Source: Nostoc sp. PCC 7120 = FACHB-418 (lineage in GTDB: Bacteria; Cyanobacteriota; Cyanobacteriia; Cyanobacteriales; Nostocaceae). Taken from it: DNA of 32,000 nucleotides. The stretch spans positions 5,970,001 through 6,002,000 of the forward strand of contig NC_003272.1 in the NCBI RefSeq assembly GCF_000009705.1. Reading direction: 5' to 3'. This document shows, piece by piece, positions 1 through 10,749 of the stretch. Position numbers and translations under genes: made by a program. The number at the start of each line of letters is the position of its first letter. The stretch's first letter is position 1. The notes beneath the pieces are model-generated. The model made no database searches. It was not told the origin of the DNA and saw only the letters and a list, made by a program, of their open reading frames with translations.

Positions 1-512
1 AAACCATAAGAAGGTCTACCCAAATCATCAACTAAGCGGTTGTGTAGTAAAGTAGCCAAGCTATGGGCTTGAGGATGATACCAATAGCTACTTACACCTC
101 TGGTATTTTCCGCATCGCCATCATCTGGGAGGGAGCGATAGTGAAATGTAAGAGCGATCGCAGGTGATTCTTGCTCTATAATTTTCTGACGTTCTGCGAG
201 GGATATGTCTCTATCATCTTCCCTAATCATCACTACATCTGCACCTAGCTGCACTAGCTCATCCTGCAATAACTTTGTGACTTGCAAATTCAAGTCTTTT
301 GCTAAATAACCAGTTGCGCCAGCTGCACCCAATTCTGTGCCACCATGTCCAGCGTTCAGGACAATTTTCAATCCAGATAAAGGCTTGTGTCGTCTGTGGG
401 AAATTACAGATGAGTTAGCCCGATTCGGGTTTTTGTCTTGCGCCCAAGTGACGCTGGAAGTCGCCAGAGAATTTAAAACTATGAATCCTATCAGTAATGG
501 TGTGAATTTCAC
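1..512 (-). CDS. N-acetylmuramoyl-L-alanine amidase (Amidase_3 type), short secreted form; 3' end runs off the window
   Basis: This ORF is not in the supplied track. My minus-strand translation gives (GTG at 512) KFTPLLIGFIVLNSLATSSVTWAQDKNPNRANSSVISHRRHKPLSGLKIVLNAGHGGT... It parallels ...RQKPLSGIKILLDPGHGGK of the upstream amidase. DNA at 1-400 is visibly paralogous to 700-1100. The N-terminus looks like a signal peptide. The start lies 12 nt after the upstream stop. Confidence 0.7.
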   Translation of the reverse strand, partial: MKFTPLLIGFIVLNSLATSSVTWAQDKNPNRANSSVISHRRHKPLSGLKIVLNAGHGGTELGAAGATGYLAKDLNLQVTKLLQDELVQLGADVVMIREDDRDISLAERQKIIEQESPAIALTFHYRSLPDDGDAENTRGVSSYWYHPQAHSLATLLHNRLVDDLGRPSYG

Positions 513-524
513 TTCAAAAATATG

Positions 525-2279
525 CTATTTCCCACTACGAAACCACTCAGTTATCCCTTCAGCCAAAACTTTAGCTAACTTTTTCTGCTCTTGGGGATTT
601 GTCACCCATTCAAATTCATGGGGATTGCTCATAAAACCTAACTCTAATAATAACGAGGGTGCGGCGGCTGGGCGTGTGAGGGCTAAGTTATTCCAAAACA
701 CACCGTAGGAAGGTCTACGGAGTTTATTCACGAGATAATTGTGCATGAACACGGCGAGGTTATGGGCTTGGGGATGGTACCAAAACATACCAATCCCCTT
801 AGTGTTTTCCGCATCGCCAGCATCGGGGAGAGCGTTGTAATGGACGGAAAGAGCGATCGCTGGTTCTTCTCGATTGATAATTGCTTGACGCTCTGGTAGG
901 GAGACATCCCGATCATCATTCCTAGTCATCACCACATTTGCCCCTAATTTGAGCAATTCATCACGCAATAACTTCGATACTGCCAGATTTACGTCCTTTT
1001 CTAAATATCCAGTCGGCCCAGTTGCGCCAGATTCTTTACCACCATGACCAGGATCGAGTAGAATCTTGATACCAGATAAGGGCTTTTGCCTATTCTGCCT
1101 GATAACAGGCGCATGGCGTAAAGCTAACACCAGGGTTGTACCGTCGTATCTCAGCTTATATCCCCACTGTTGAGCTTTTTTCAGGTTAAAGGTATATTTT
1201 ACCTCTCCTGAAGCTATCTGCTGCCAATCTAGACGAGAAATTAAAGGGTCATCATCAAGGCGAATAATATCTGTTTGGGCAGTGGTGTTGTGGAGTGTCA
1301 GGGTGAAAGTTTTTTCTCCTTGCTGCACACTCACAGGTACAGGGGTTTGGAGAGGGAAAAGCATTTCTGTTGTACCTGGAAGTCTTCGATATCCAACACT
1401 ACGTATAACTGTTTGTGGCGGAACACTTCCTGGAAGAATGCGGGTTTCCTGACTATTAATCCAAGCACCATAGTCTAGGCGAAACCATACACCTTCTTTA
1501 CCTGTGACAGTGGCTCGTGTTCCCTTAGGCAGTGGCGTAAGTCGAGAAAAATCGGTACTAGGGCCAGTCCGGGCAACTCCTGCGTCTGCTACCACCTCAG
1601 CTACAGGTAACTGCGTGGGTGAGAGAATTTTAATTTTGCCAGCACCTGGTTGAGTTATCGTCTTACCATTAAGTGTCAGTTGGTATTGAGGTTGTCCCAA
1701 ATCTGTTGCAACTGGTACTGTTGTGCAACCCTCATACTTACCTGGGATAGACTGGGTAGTGGGTTGATTTTGTCCAGTGAGCGCAGCCAAATTACTTGGT
1801 AGTATTGCTTGTTGTGGTTGAGGCAAAAGTACCACAGTATCATTAGCCAGTTTCACAGAGACACTGGCGTTAGGAGGTGCAATAGCGCTAAAACAAATGA
1901 GTTCTCCAGGTAGTCTGGCAATGTCGGCAGTTGGTGTGAGAGAACCTTTAGCAAAAGCTAAACCTTGTGGTAGCTCTGGTTGATTACTCAGCCTTGTCAC
2001 CTTAATCTGAAGCTCTTGATTTTGGTGGCGTATTGTAAAGATATTCTCTCCTAACTGTAAGGGAAAACTTGGGGCAAAATGGCCAGACCGGCTGCGATTA
2101 ATTGGCTTACCATTAACGAGAACTTGGCCGTTTGGTGGTGCTGTACCAATAAAAAAGATTTTTTCTGCACTAGTCTGGTGGTTTGTCGGCGGATAAACAA
2201 CTTTGAGAGGTGAGGAAGCCAAAGCAACGGAGGAGGTGACAACGAAGCTTAATATTACTGGGATGAGAACTTTTTTCAC
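525..2279 (-). CDS. Cell-wall N-acetylmuramoyl-L-alanine amidase (AmiC-like, long N-terminal domains plus C-terminal Amidase_3 domain)
   Basis: The C-terminal half contains LLDPGHGGKESGATGP...LSVHYNALP...ELGFMSNP, typical of Amidase_3. The track ORF extends to 2369, but that would overlap pyrG. The GTG at 2279 gives MKKVLIPVILSFVVTSSVALA, a signal peptide, and leaves a ~96-nt divergent promoter gap. Confidence 0.85.
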   Translation of the reverse strand: MKKVLIPVILSFVVTSSVALASSPLKVVYPPTNHQTSAEKIFFIGTAPPNGQVLVNGKPINRSRSGHFAPSFPLQLGENIFTIRHQNQELQIKVTRLSNQPELPQGLAFAKGSLTPTADIARLPGELICFSAIAPPNASVSVKLANDTVVLLPQPQQAILPSNLAALTGQNQPTTQSIPGKYEGCTTVPVATDLGQPQYQLTLNGKTITQPGAGKIKILSPTQLPVAEVVADAGVARTGPSTDFSRLTPLPKGTRATVTGKEGVWFRLDYGAWINSQETRILPGSVPPQTVIRSVGYRRLPGTTEMLFPLQTPVPVSVQQGEKTFTLTLHNTTAQTDIIRLDDDPLISRLDWQQIASGEVKYTFNLKKAQQWGYKLRYDGTTLVLALRHAPVIRQNRQKPLSGIKILLDPGHGGKESGATGPTGYLEKDVNLAVSKLLRDELLKLGANVVMTRNDDRDVSLPERQAIINREEPAIALSVHYNALPDAGDAENTKGIGMFWYHPQAHNLAVFMHNYLVNKLRRPSYGVFWNNLALTRPAAAPSLLLELGFMSNPHEFEWVTNPQEQKKLAKVLAEGITEWFRSGK

Positions 2280-2351
2280 AGCAGTATCACAGAAGTATTC
2301 ACTATGTGACTGTGGCACAATGACGGGATGGATTTTGGAAGGTATCGTTAG

Positions 2352-4013
<1,662 letters not shown>

Positions 4014-4070
4014 AAATTTAATGGTCTGGGTATAGGATAATACGGTTTAGTTAAAGAATTTTTTGGTTAA

Positions 4071-4119
4071 GGTAGGGGAAGAGAAGAATTCTAAAAATAA
4101 CTGTCTTTCTTCCCCTACC
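4071..4119 (+). terminator. Stem-loop downstream of pyrG (GGTAGGGGAAGA...TCTTCCCCTACC); possible terminator
   Basis: A 12-bp inverted repeat is seen ~60 nt after the pyrG stop. The following U-tract is weak (tctcttgctt), and the stem is nested inside a longer imperfect inverted repeat. Confidence 0.3.
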
Positions 4120-4388
4120 TCTCTTGCTTAACTGAACTGTATTAGGGTGTAGGGGTGTCAGGGTGCAGGGGCAAGACATTTGCCTAGACTATAGTGTAAT
4201 TTATTACATATAAATCAATTGTAAAATTATTACACTAAAAGCTGATTAACCCTTTTCCCTATCCCCTACCAGAAAATAAAATTTTGGGATTTTCCCCAAA
4301 AATCCGAGTAAATTAACTTAGAACGTCAGCAGATTACATAACATACAAGGTAAGCATCATTCATGAATTTCGGACTTGAGGAGCTGTT

Positions 4389-4811
4389 GTGGCGTACTGG
4401 GTGAAACTCGTATATGAAAGGAAAGAATATGTAATCAATTTTGACCGTGTAAATGCTTTTTGTTATGAAAAGAACGGCAGGGTAACATTTTGGTTGCCTG
4501 ACTGTGCCATTCCAATTATAATTAATCCCCAAACTGACTTAGAAGACTATCACAAAATCCTAGAATATCTAGAACAAGTGACTACCGTGGCAGTAGAAAA
4601 TGCCCATTGGGTAAAAATCATTTATGAAAGAAATGAATATGTAATCAATCTCAATTGCATTAGTTCCTTTTGTCAAGAAACTAATGGCAGAATAACCTTT
4701 TGGCTACCAGATGGTACTATTCCCATTATTATTAACCCCGTCAGTAGCCCAGATTCTTATAAGAAAGTTTTGCAATACGTCCAAAAAACCACAGGACATT
4801 CTTTTTCTTAG
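4389..4811 (+). CDS. Hypothetical protein built of two tandem copies of a ~65-aa module
   Basis: A GTG start is preceded by GAGGAG 7 nt upstream. The two halves are WVKLVYERKEYVINFDRVNAFCYEKNGRVTFWLPDCAIPIIINP and WVKIIYERNEYVINLNCISSFCQETNGRITFWLPDGTIPIIINP. Confidence 0.6.
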   Translation: MAYWVKLVYERKEYVINFDRVNAFCYEKNGRVTFWLPDCAIPIIINPQTDLEDYHKILEYLEQVTTVAVENAHWVKIIYERNEYVINLNCISSFCQETNGRITFWLPDGTIPIIINPVSSPDSYKKVLQYVQKTTGHSFS

Positions 4812-4839
4812 TCGATAGTCAATAGTTTTGAATCACCCA

Positions 4840-5775
4840 TTACCAATTACCAAACTTTTCCCAAGCTAATCTTGCTGCGCCTACCATTCCGGCTGAGTTA
4901 CCTAACTCTGCTGGCAAGATTTGTAACCCTGCGCGAGATGTGGACATAACTCGCTTTTCGATTTCGGCTTTGAGAGTTGGTAAGAAAAATTCACAGCTGG
5001 CACTTACACCACCGCCAAGCACGATCGCCTGTGGTGTGAGAACATAAATTAAACTCGTTAAACCTATACCTAAATTTTGTCCGTATTCTTGCCAAAATTG
5101 TAAGGCTTCTGGATCTCCAGCTTGAGCTAGCATACCTAATTCCGCAGGTTCTTTACCAGTCAGGCGACGAATAGCTTTAATGGAAGTGTACTGCTCTAAA
5201 GAACCAGGGTTGCCGCTTTTACACATAGGGCCATCGGGTTGGAGTGTAATTAGTCCCAGTTCACCAGCTGCGCCACGATGTCCGACAAATAATTTGCCAT
5301 CTAAAAAAATTGCGCCACCAACACCAGTCCCCAAAGTTAACATGATAAAGTTTTGGCAGTGGCGACCGGCTCCTAACCAAGCCTCAGCGATTCCCGCACA
5401 GTTGGCATCATTTTCAATTACTGTCGGCTTGTTAGTTTTCGCTTCTAACCAATCCGCCAAAGGTACATTTTCCCATTGCGGTAAGTTAATAGCAATTTGA
5501 GCAATGCGTCCTTGAGCATCAGCCGGGCCAGGAGTACCCACACCAATAGCTATAGTTTCATTATCTGGGTCAATTTGCGCGATCGCATCCACCATGACCA
5601 GAAAAACCGCTTCCGGGGTTGCTGGTTGGGGAGTCGCCACAGTCAAAGATTGTGAACAAGTCCCATCTTTGCTAAATCGCCCCAATTTAATTGCTGTTCC
5701 CCCCAAGTCAATGCCAATTACTTGAGAATTCCCCACATTCAATTCCTCACACCAAACCACCACAGCAGAAGTCAT
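4840..5775 (-). CDS. glk: ROK-family glucokinase
   Basis: GIDLGGTAIKLG is an ATP-binding motif. NDANCAGIAE and LTLGTGVGGA motifs are typical of ROK sugar kinases. Confidence 0.8.
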   Translation of the reverse strand: MTSAVVVWCEELNVGNSQVIGIDLGGTAIKLGRFSKDGTCSQSLTVATPQPATPEAVFLVMVDAIAQIDPDNETIAIGVGTPGPADAQGRIAQIAINLPQWENVPLADWLEAKTNKPTVIENDANCAGIAEAWLGAGRHCQNFIMLTLGTGVGGAIFLDGKLFVGHRGAAGELGLITLQPDGPMCKSGNPGSLEQYTSIKAIRRLTGKEPAELGMLAQAGDPEALQFWQEYGQNLGIGLTSLIYVLTPQAIVLGGGVSASCEFFLPTLKAEIEKRVMSTSRAGLQILPAELGNSAGMVGAARLAWEKFGNW

Positions 5776-5830
5776 CAGCTTTGATGAAGCTGACGATAAT
5801 TACCCATTTAGGGTATTTCACAAAAGCATA

Positions 5831-6034
5831 TTAGCTTTTTGGGATTTCTGGGCCAAAAAATTCTAAGTTCTCAGTTTTTTTGCTTGTAACTCTTAAATTT
5901 GTTACCACACTGGCACTAAAACTAGATTTATCTTGCCAAGCCATGACTGGCGCACCTCTCAAAATTCCCGCCAGCGCCACAGAAAGCATAAATCCACCAG
6001 CAGCAGCAGCTATCAAAGAAATGTTATCTTTCAC
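5831..6034 (-). CDS. Small hypothetical membrane protein
   Basis: A 67-aa ORF with one hydrophobic helix (LIAAAAGGFMLSVALAGIL). There is no family recognition, so coding status is uncertain. Confidence 0.3.
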   Translation of the reverse strand: MKDNISLIAAAAGGFMLSVALAGILRGAPVMAWQDKSSFSASVVTNLRVTSKKTENLEFFGPEIPKS

Positions 6035-6060
6035 TTTAATCTCTCAGTAATTAATAAAAA

Positions 6061-6126
6061 AGTCCATAGTCCACAGTCCAAAATCTATTGACAACCGTCA
6101 ACTGTCAACTGTCAACCATCAACTGT
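6061..6126. repeat. STRR heptamer arrays (AGTCCAN x3; CAACYGT/CAACCAT x5)
   Basis: agtccat agtccac agtcca is at 6061-6080. caaccgt caactgt caactgt caaccat caactgt is at 6092-6126 and ends exactly at the permease stop codon (6127-6129). Confidence 0.85.
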
Positions 6127-7017
6127 CTATTTCCGATTTTCTCCTCGTAATCGAGGATTGACAAATTCATTTAACCCCTCTCCTAGTAGTGATAACCCTA
6201 CTACCATAAATGTCATTGCTAAACCGGGAAATAGTGTAGTCCACCAAATCCCAGTTGGTAATGCTTCTAGAGCTTGTTTTAAATCAAGTCCCCATTCTGG
6301 TACTTCTTCCGGTAATCCTAGCCCTAAAAAACCCAAACCGCCTAGTACCAAAATTGCATCGGCGGCGTTAAGGGTAAAAAGTACGGGTACGCTTTGAATG
6401 ACGTTGAAAAACAGATATCGAGAAAGCACAATCCAAGTAGAAGCCCCCATTGCTTGAGCTGCTTCGATGAATACTTCAGTTTTGACGCTGACGGTGTGGT
6501 TACGCACAACGCGGTAGTATTGGGGAATGTATGCGATACTAATAGCGATCGCTGCATTTAAGATTCCTCTGCCTACTACAAACGCCAGTGTTACCGACAA
6601 TAGCAGTCCTGGTAAGGTGTAGATACTGTCCATGAGAAACAGTAATGCCTTATCTAACCTACCGCCAAGGTAGCCACTCAGCATTCCCAATGGCACGCCA
6701 ACTATCATACTCAGCGCCGTGGCTAAAATTACCACTTGCAACGCTGCTTGTGCGCCAAATAATGTCCGAGAGAAAACATCATGTCCTAAAAGAGTCGTGC
6801 CGAACCAATGTTTGGCTGATGGTGCTTCTTGAGGTGTGTTAGCCAGAAACTCTCTGGGGTTTTGTAGCCATCCCCAACTTTGGAATACAGGCGCGAAGAA
6901 TGCCAAGAAGATGAAAAATAGAGTGATAGCTAACCCAACCAGCATTAATTTTTGGGAAAGGTTGGGCTTTTTGACAAAAGATCCCCATTTTGGCAGTATA
7001 CGTTTAGTGATGGTCAT
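6127..7017 (-). CDS. ABC transporter permease, oligopeptide/dipeptide (OppC/DppC) type
   Basis: A multi-TM protein with an N-terminal anchor helix and a BPD-transporter EAA-like region (IEAAQAMGASTWIVLSRYLFFNV). Confidence 0.85.
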   Translation of the reverse strand: MTITKRILPKWGSFVKKPNLSQKLMLVGLAITLFFIFLAFFAPVFQSWGWLQNPREFLANTPQEAPSAKHWFGTTLLGHDVFSRTLFGAQAALQVVILATALSMIVGVPLGMLSGYLGGRLDKALLFLMDSIYTLPGLLLSVTLAFVVGRGILNAAIAISIAYIPQYYRVVRNHTVSVKTEVFIEAAQAMGASTWIVLSRYLFFNVIQSVPVLFTLNAADAILVLGGLGFLGLGLPEEVPEWGLDLKQALEALPTGIWWTTLFPGLAMTFMVVGLSLLGEGLNEFVNPRLRGENRK

Positions 7018-7127
7018 GAGCGATCGCCTGCATAGCGCAAGATACGCTGACCATTTTACATATCAATGTGAAGATTGGGGATTAGTGTATATTTATATTG
7101 TACTCGAAGCTCTCATGAGGGCTGTCA

Positions 7128-7589
7128 ATGAATAAAGTATTGGATGAAACCCTGTCCCTAAAAGTTGCTGAAAGCATCAAAAGCAAGGCCAATAAGCCCT
7201 TTGATAATGCTTATAAAGCTGCATTAGCAACACAAGGAGCCGCTTATGTCCAAGGATTTTTGGTCGCAGGTAAGCCATACAAACCTAAAGAACATGGTTG
7301 GATTGAGGTAGGGGATAGTGTTATTGACCCTACACTACCTCATCTGCATAAGAAGTCTGAAGAACTCTGGTATTTTGCTGCACAAAGTTTGAGTGTGAAA
7401 AAACTCAAAGCAGTTATAGAAGAGTCAAAGGAAGATTATCCCGAAGATGACCCATTACCCATCTATGGCGAAGCACCTTACGAATATTATGGTGATATCA
7501 TGCTGGGTGGTCAGGAATATGTAGATGCTTATCAAGCCGCAGAGGCAAAATGTCAGGAATTGCAAGCAATCCAAGCTCAAAATAATTAA
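7128..7589 (+). CDS. Hypothetical protein
   Basis: A 153-aa ORF with an ATG start and an acidic, soluble-looking sequence. No family was recognised. Confidence 0.45.
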   Translation: MNKVLDETLSLKVAESIKSKANKPFDNAYKAALATQGAAYVQGFLVAGKPYKPKEHGWIEVGDSVIDPTLPHLHKKSEELWYFAAQSLSVKKLKAVIEESKEDYPEDDPLPIYGEAPYEYYGDIMLGGQEYVDAYQAAEAKCQELQAIQAQNN

Positions 7590-7643
7590 ATTAAGGATGG
7601 GTAATGGGTAATAAATTAATTTTCAATGACCAATTACCAAACT

Positions 7644-8048
7644 TTAATTAGATTTACCATCACTACCAAAATATTCTCGATAGCTACAAATTTTGTCGCC
7701 ACGTACATCAAAAGAAACTGCTACGCGATTTTTATAAGGTTTTCCTAATAATAGCCCTTCATCCCGAAACTCAAAGACTACTGTTGTTTCATTACTGGTG
7801 ACATGGTCTAGGGATGATAGTTGTATTCCAGGATGAAAAGACTCAGAAACATACGTAAAAAATTCTTTGGCTCTTTCTTTCCCTACATTCAAGCCATGAA
7901 ATTTCCCCATTGGAAACCAAAAGGTAAAATCTTCGGTTAGCATATCGAGAAATTTTTGCCATTCTCCCGTTGCTAGACCTTGAGTAAAAAATTCAAATCC
8001 TTGATGAGCGACTTTTAAAGTGTTCTCTGAGTTTTGTTCCATCATCAT
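7644..8048 (-). CDS. NTF2/SnoaL-like fold protein
   Basis: Small alpha+beta protein pattern (EFFTQGLATGEWQKFLDMLTEDFTFWFPMGKFHG...). The start is taken at the ATG triplet run (MMMEQ) rather than the GTG at 8063. Confidence 0.5.
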   Translation of the reverse strand: MMMEQNSENTLKVAHQGFEFFTQGLATGEWQKFLDMLTEDFTFWFPMGKFHGLNVGKERAKEFFTYVSESFHPGIQLSSLDHVTSNETTVVFEFRDEGLLLGKPYKNRVAVSFDVRGDKICSYREYFGSDGKSN

Positions 8049-8243
8049 TAAGTGGATATACACTAAATAATTATCTATTGATGTCTCTTTCCCCAGATTA
8101 TTAATAATTTGGTGATATCTGCACTAAAAGTAATCATTCTTAAGACAGAAGAAACTTGAAAATTTAATCTAAATATAGACAAATTAGTCAGCACAAATAA
8201 ACATTTTTTTAGCATCTACTAACTTACAAACTGAGGACAATAT

Positions 8244-9596
8244 ATGACTATCAATCCTCCTCAAGGTGAAATAAAACAAGCTATTTTTAACTCGTCCATG
8301 TCGGAGAACAACCAAGAGTTTAATTGGAGACACTGTTGGTATCCGATTACTTTTTTGCAAGACTTCCCGAAAGAACTTCCCTACAGTTTTTCCTTGTATG
8401 ATGAACCTTTCGTTTTATTTAGAAATCAAGATGGAAAGTTGGGTTGCTTACCTGATATTTGTCCTCACCGTGCGGCTAAACTCTCCGATGGGCAAATAAT
8501 CGATGGTAAAATCGAGTGTTTATATCACGGTTGGCAGTTTGGTACTGATGGTCAATGTCTGCACATCCCTCAATTACCAAAAGAGGCGACAATTCCGAAA
8601 AATGCCTGTGTTCAATCTTTTGCAATTGTAGAACGTCAAGGTATTGTCTGGATGTGGGCGGGGGAAGCAGACGCAGCTGATGAAACCTTGATTCCCGCCA
8701 TACCAGAGTTAGATAAGCCGGAATTTGTCACCACAGATTTTATGTGCAATATCCCTTATGACCAAAATACTTTGATTGAAAACGCAATTGATCCGGCTCA
8801 TGTTCCTATTAGTCATAATGGTACGCTAGGTAATCGTGCAGAGGCTTTACCTTTAGAAATGGAAATAATAGCTAAATCTGTCCAGGGAATTTGTGGAAGA
8901 TATCGCAATGTCAGCTCATCTCTTTCACCTTGGATAAATATTAATTTTGTCGCACCTAATCTGGTAATGCTTTACATACCAATTAATGAAGAGCGCGGAT
9001 GGTATCGTGGAGCAGCTGCTTATTCTATACCCTTGGGAAAAAATCAATGTCGCGTTTTATTTAGAGCGTTCCAAAATTTTTCTCAATGGCGACTTAAATT
9101 AACTCCTCGCTGGTTAGAACATTGGTATCGGCAAAAAGTTTTACAGCAAGATATGCAGCAAGCAGCAGGACAACAAAAACATATTGAACGATTAATAAAA
9201 AGTCCCAGAGAACTATACTTACCACTTAAAACATCAGATTTATTTCCTGTGGAATACCGGAAGTGGCTAGATAAATACGGCTCTTCATTACCATTTTACC
9301 AAGGGTATACTACGTGTAAGACTAATTATGAGCAGAAGATTGTTTCACTATCCACCAACGATCGCTTCGAGAGCCATACTCAAATTTGTAGTTCTTGTGA
9401 TCGCGCTTATCGAGTCACAAAACTAGTAAAACATATTTTGGTCAGTGTAGCGATCACTCTCGCAGCTTTCGCTATCCTCACAGATGACTCGTGGATTTCA
9501 TCTGTGGCTGTGGTAACTTCCTTATTAGCAGTAATACTGGTGTTCATAGCTCAAAAAGTAAAAACTAAGTTTGAGCGTTCTGATACCCGTCATTAG
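8244..9596 (+). CDS. Rieske [2Fe-2S] non-haem iron oxygenase of the PAO/Tic55/PTC52 type, C-terminally membrane anchored
   Basis: The Rieske motif is CPHRAAKLSDG...CLYHGWQF. The mononuclear-iron motif is NAIDPAHVPISH. A C-terminal CSSC is followed by two hydrophobic helices. GAGGA lies upstream of the ATG. Confidence 0.8.
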   Translation: MTINPPQGEIKQAIFNSSMSENNQEFNWRHCWYPITFLQDFPKELPYSFSLYDEPFVLFRNQDGKLGCLPDICPHRAAKLSDGQIIDGKIECLYHGWQFGTDGQCLHIPQLPKEATIPKNACVQSFAIVERQGIVWMWAGEADAADETLIPAIPELDKPEFVTTDFMCNIPYDQNTLIENAIDPAHVPISHNGTLGNRAEALPLEMEIIAKSVQGICGRYRNVSSSLSPWININFVAPNLVMLYIPINEERGWYRGAAAYSIPLGKNQCRVLFRAFQNFSQWRLKLTPRWLEHWYRQKVLQQDMQQAAGQQKHIERLIKSPRELYLPLKTSDLFPVEYRKWLDKYGSSLPFYQGYTTCKTNYEQKIVSLSTNDRFESHTQICSSCDRAYRVTKLVKHILVSVAITLAAFAILTDDSWISSVAVVTSLLAVILVFIAQKVKTKFERSDTRH

Positions 9597-9599
9597 TTT

Positions 9600-10607
9600 T
9601 TAAAACTTCACAACTACTTTGCCACAATTGTGACCACTTAACAGGTATTCCACTGCTGTAGGAATGGATTCTAAGCCGTTGAACTGCGTAGGGTCAACAC
9701 TAACTTGGAGTTTGCCATTGTAAAAAAGATTTAACAGGCGATCGCCTGCTTCCGGGATATATTCTTGATAGTACGGTGTGAGAAAACCCCTGACTGAAGC
9801 TGCTTTCCACATCAGTTGATGATAAATGCGCGCTTGAGTCACTGGTTCTACATTTTTCCCGTATTCGGAAATGTGACCAATGCTGACTAAACGTCCGCGA
9901 ATGGCTAAGTTATCAACGCAGGTATCAAAAACATCTTTACCTACACACTCAAAAATTAAGTTAATTCCTTTGGGGTATTCTTGTTTAAGGACTTGATCCA
10001 GGTTTTCTGTGCGATAGTTAATGATGCGATCGCATCCTAATGCTTTGAGTAACTTAGACTTCGCCTCAGAACTACAAGTACCAATCACATGATTCCCGGC
10101 TAACTTAGCCAACTGCACCGCAATATGACCAGTCCCCCCAGCCGCAGCAGTCACCAAAACCACTTCATTACTTGTCATCTCCCCCACTTGTTCCAACGCC
10201 ACCAAAGCTGATACACCAGTAGGCATCAAAGTTAAAACTTCTGGCGTAGCTTCCCGCACCTTCACCGCTAAGTTTGCATCAATCACCTGATATTCTCGAT
10301 AACCGCTACCACGGACTGTAGTGACAACCGCATCACCTATCTGAAAACCTGTAACATTTTCACCCACAGCCACAACCTTTCCCACCGCCTCCACCCCCAA
10401 ATCAAAAGGAGGAATTATCTCAAAATAGGGAATATCACCACGACAAACTAAAGTATCAAAACCACCATTAATCCCCGCAAATTTATTTTCAATTAAAAGC
10501 TGACCAATACCAACTTGCGGAATAGGAACTTCCACAATTTCCGCAGCAGATTTAAAATCTTGACTAAGCCCCTTAGCGATTAACTTCCTGTAACTTTCTC
10601 TTTTCAT
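9600..10607 (-). CDS. Zinc-type alcohol dehydrogenase-like / quinone oxidoreductase (MDR superfamily)
   Basis: Has the TAAAGGTGHIAVQLAK Rossmann motif and a GroES-like N-terminal domain. The ATG at 10607 (MKRESYRK) is preferred over the longer track ORF. Confidence 0.8.
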   Translation of the reverse strand: MKRESYRKLIAKGLSQDFKSAAEIVEVPIPQVGIGQLLIENKFAGINGGFDTLVCRGDIPYFEIIPPFDLGVEAVGKVVAVGENVTGFQIGDAVVTTVRGSGYREYQVIDANLAVKVREATPEVLTLMPTGVSALVALEQVGEMTSNEVVLVTAAAGGTGHIAVQLAKLAGNHVIGTCSSEAKSKLLKALGCDRIINYRTENLDQVLKQEYPKGINLIFECVGKDVFDTCVDNLAIRGRLVSIGHISEYGKNVEPVTQARIYHQLMWKAASVRGFLTPYYQEYIPEAGDRLLNLFYNGKLQVSVDPTQFNGLESIPTAVEYLLSGHNCGKVVVKF

Positions 10608-10749
10608 CCCCAAAAAATGCCCAAATACACAAACAATGACAAATCCTCGGCGTACTTCTGCGCCAACCACCCTGCGGGTTCGCTCTTAGCGTTCTCGTAG
10701 AGTAGCCGAAGCGTCTATAGCGACACTCCGCGTTTAAAAACTTCCCATA

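Noticed and set aside
337-708. A 123-aa plus-strand ORF spanning the junction of the two amidase genes.
   Set aside because: It is antisense to two well-supported amidase coding regions and has no recognisable motifs.
6061-6126. Tandem short repeats here and at 23831-23885 and 25480-25540, considered as a possible CRISPR array.
   Set aside because: The period is 7 nt with no spacers and no cas genes. These are classic cyanobacterial STRR arrays.
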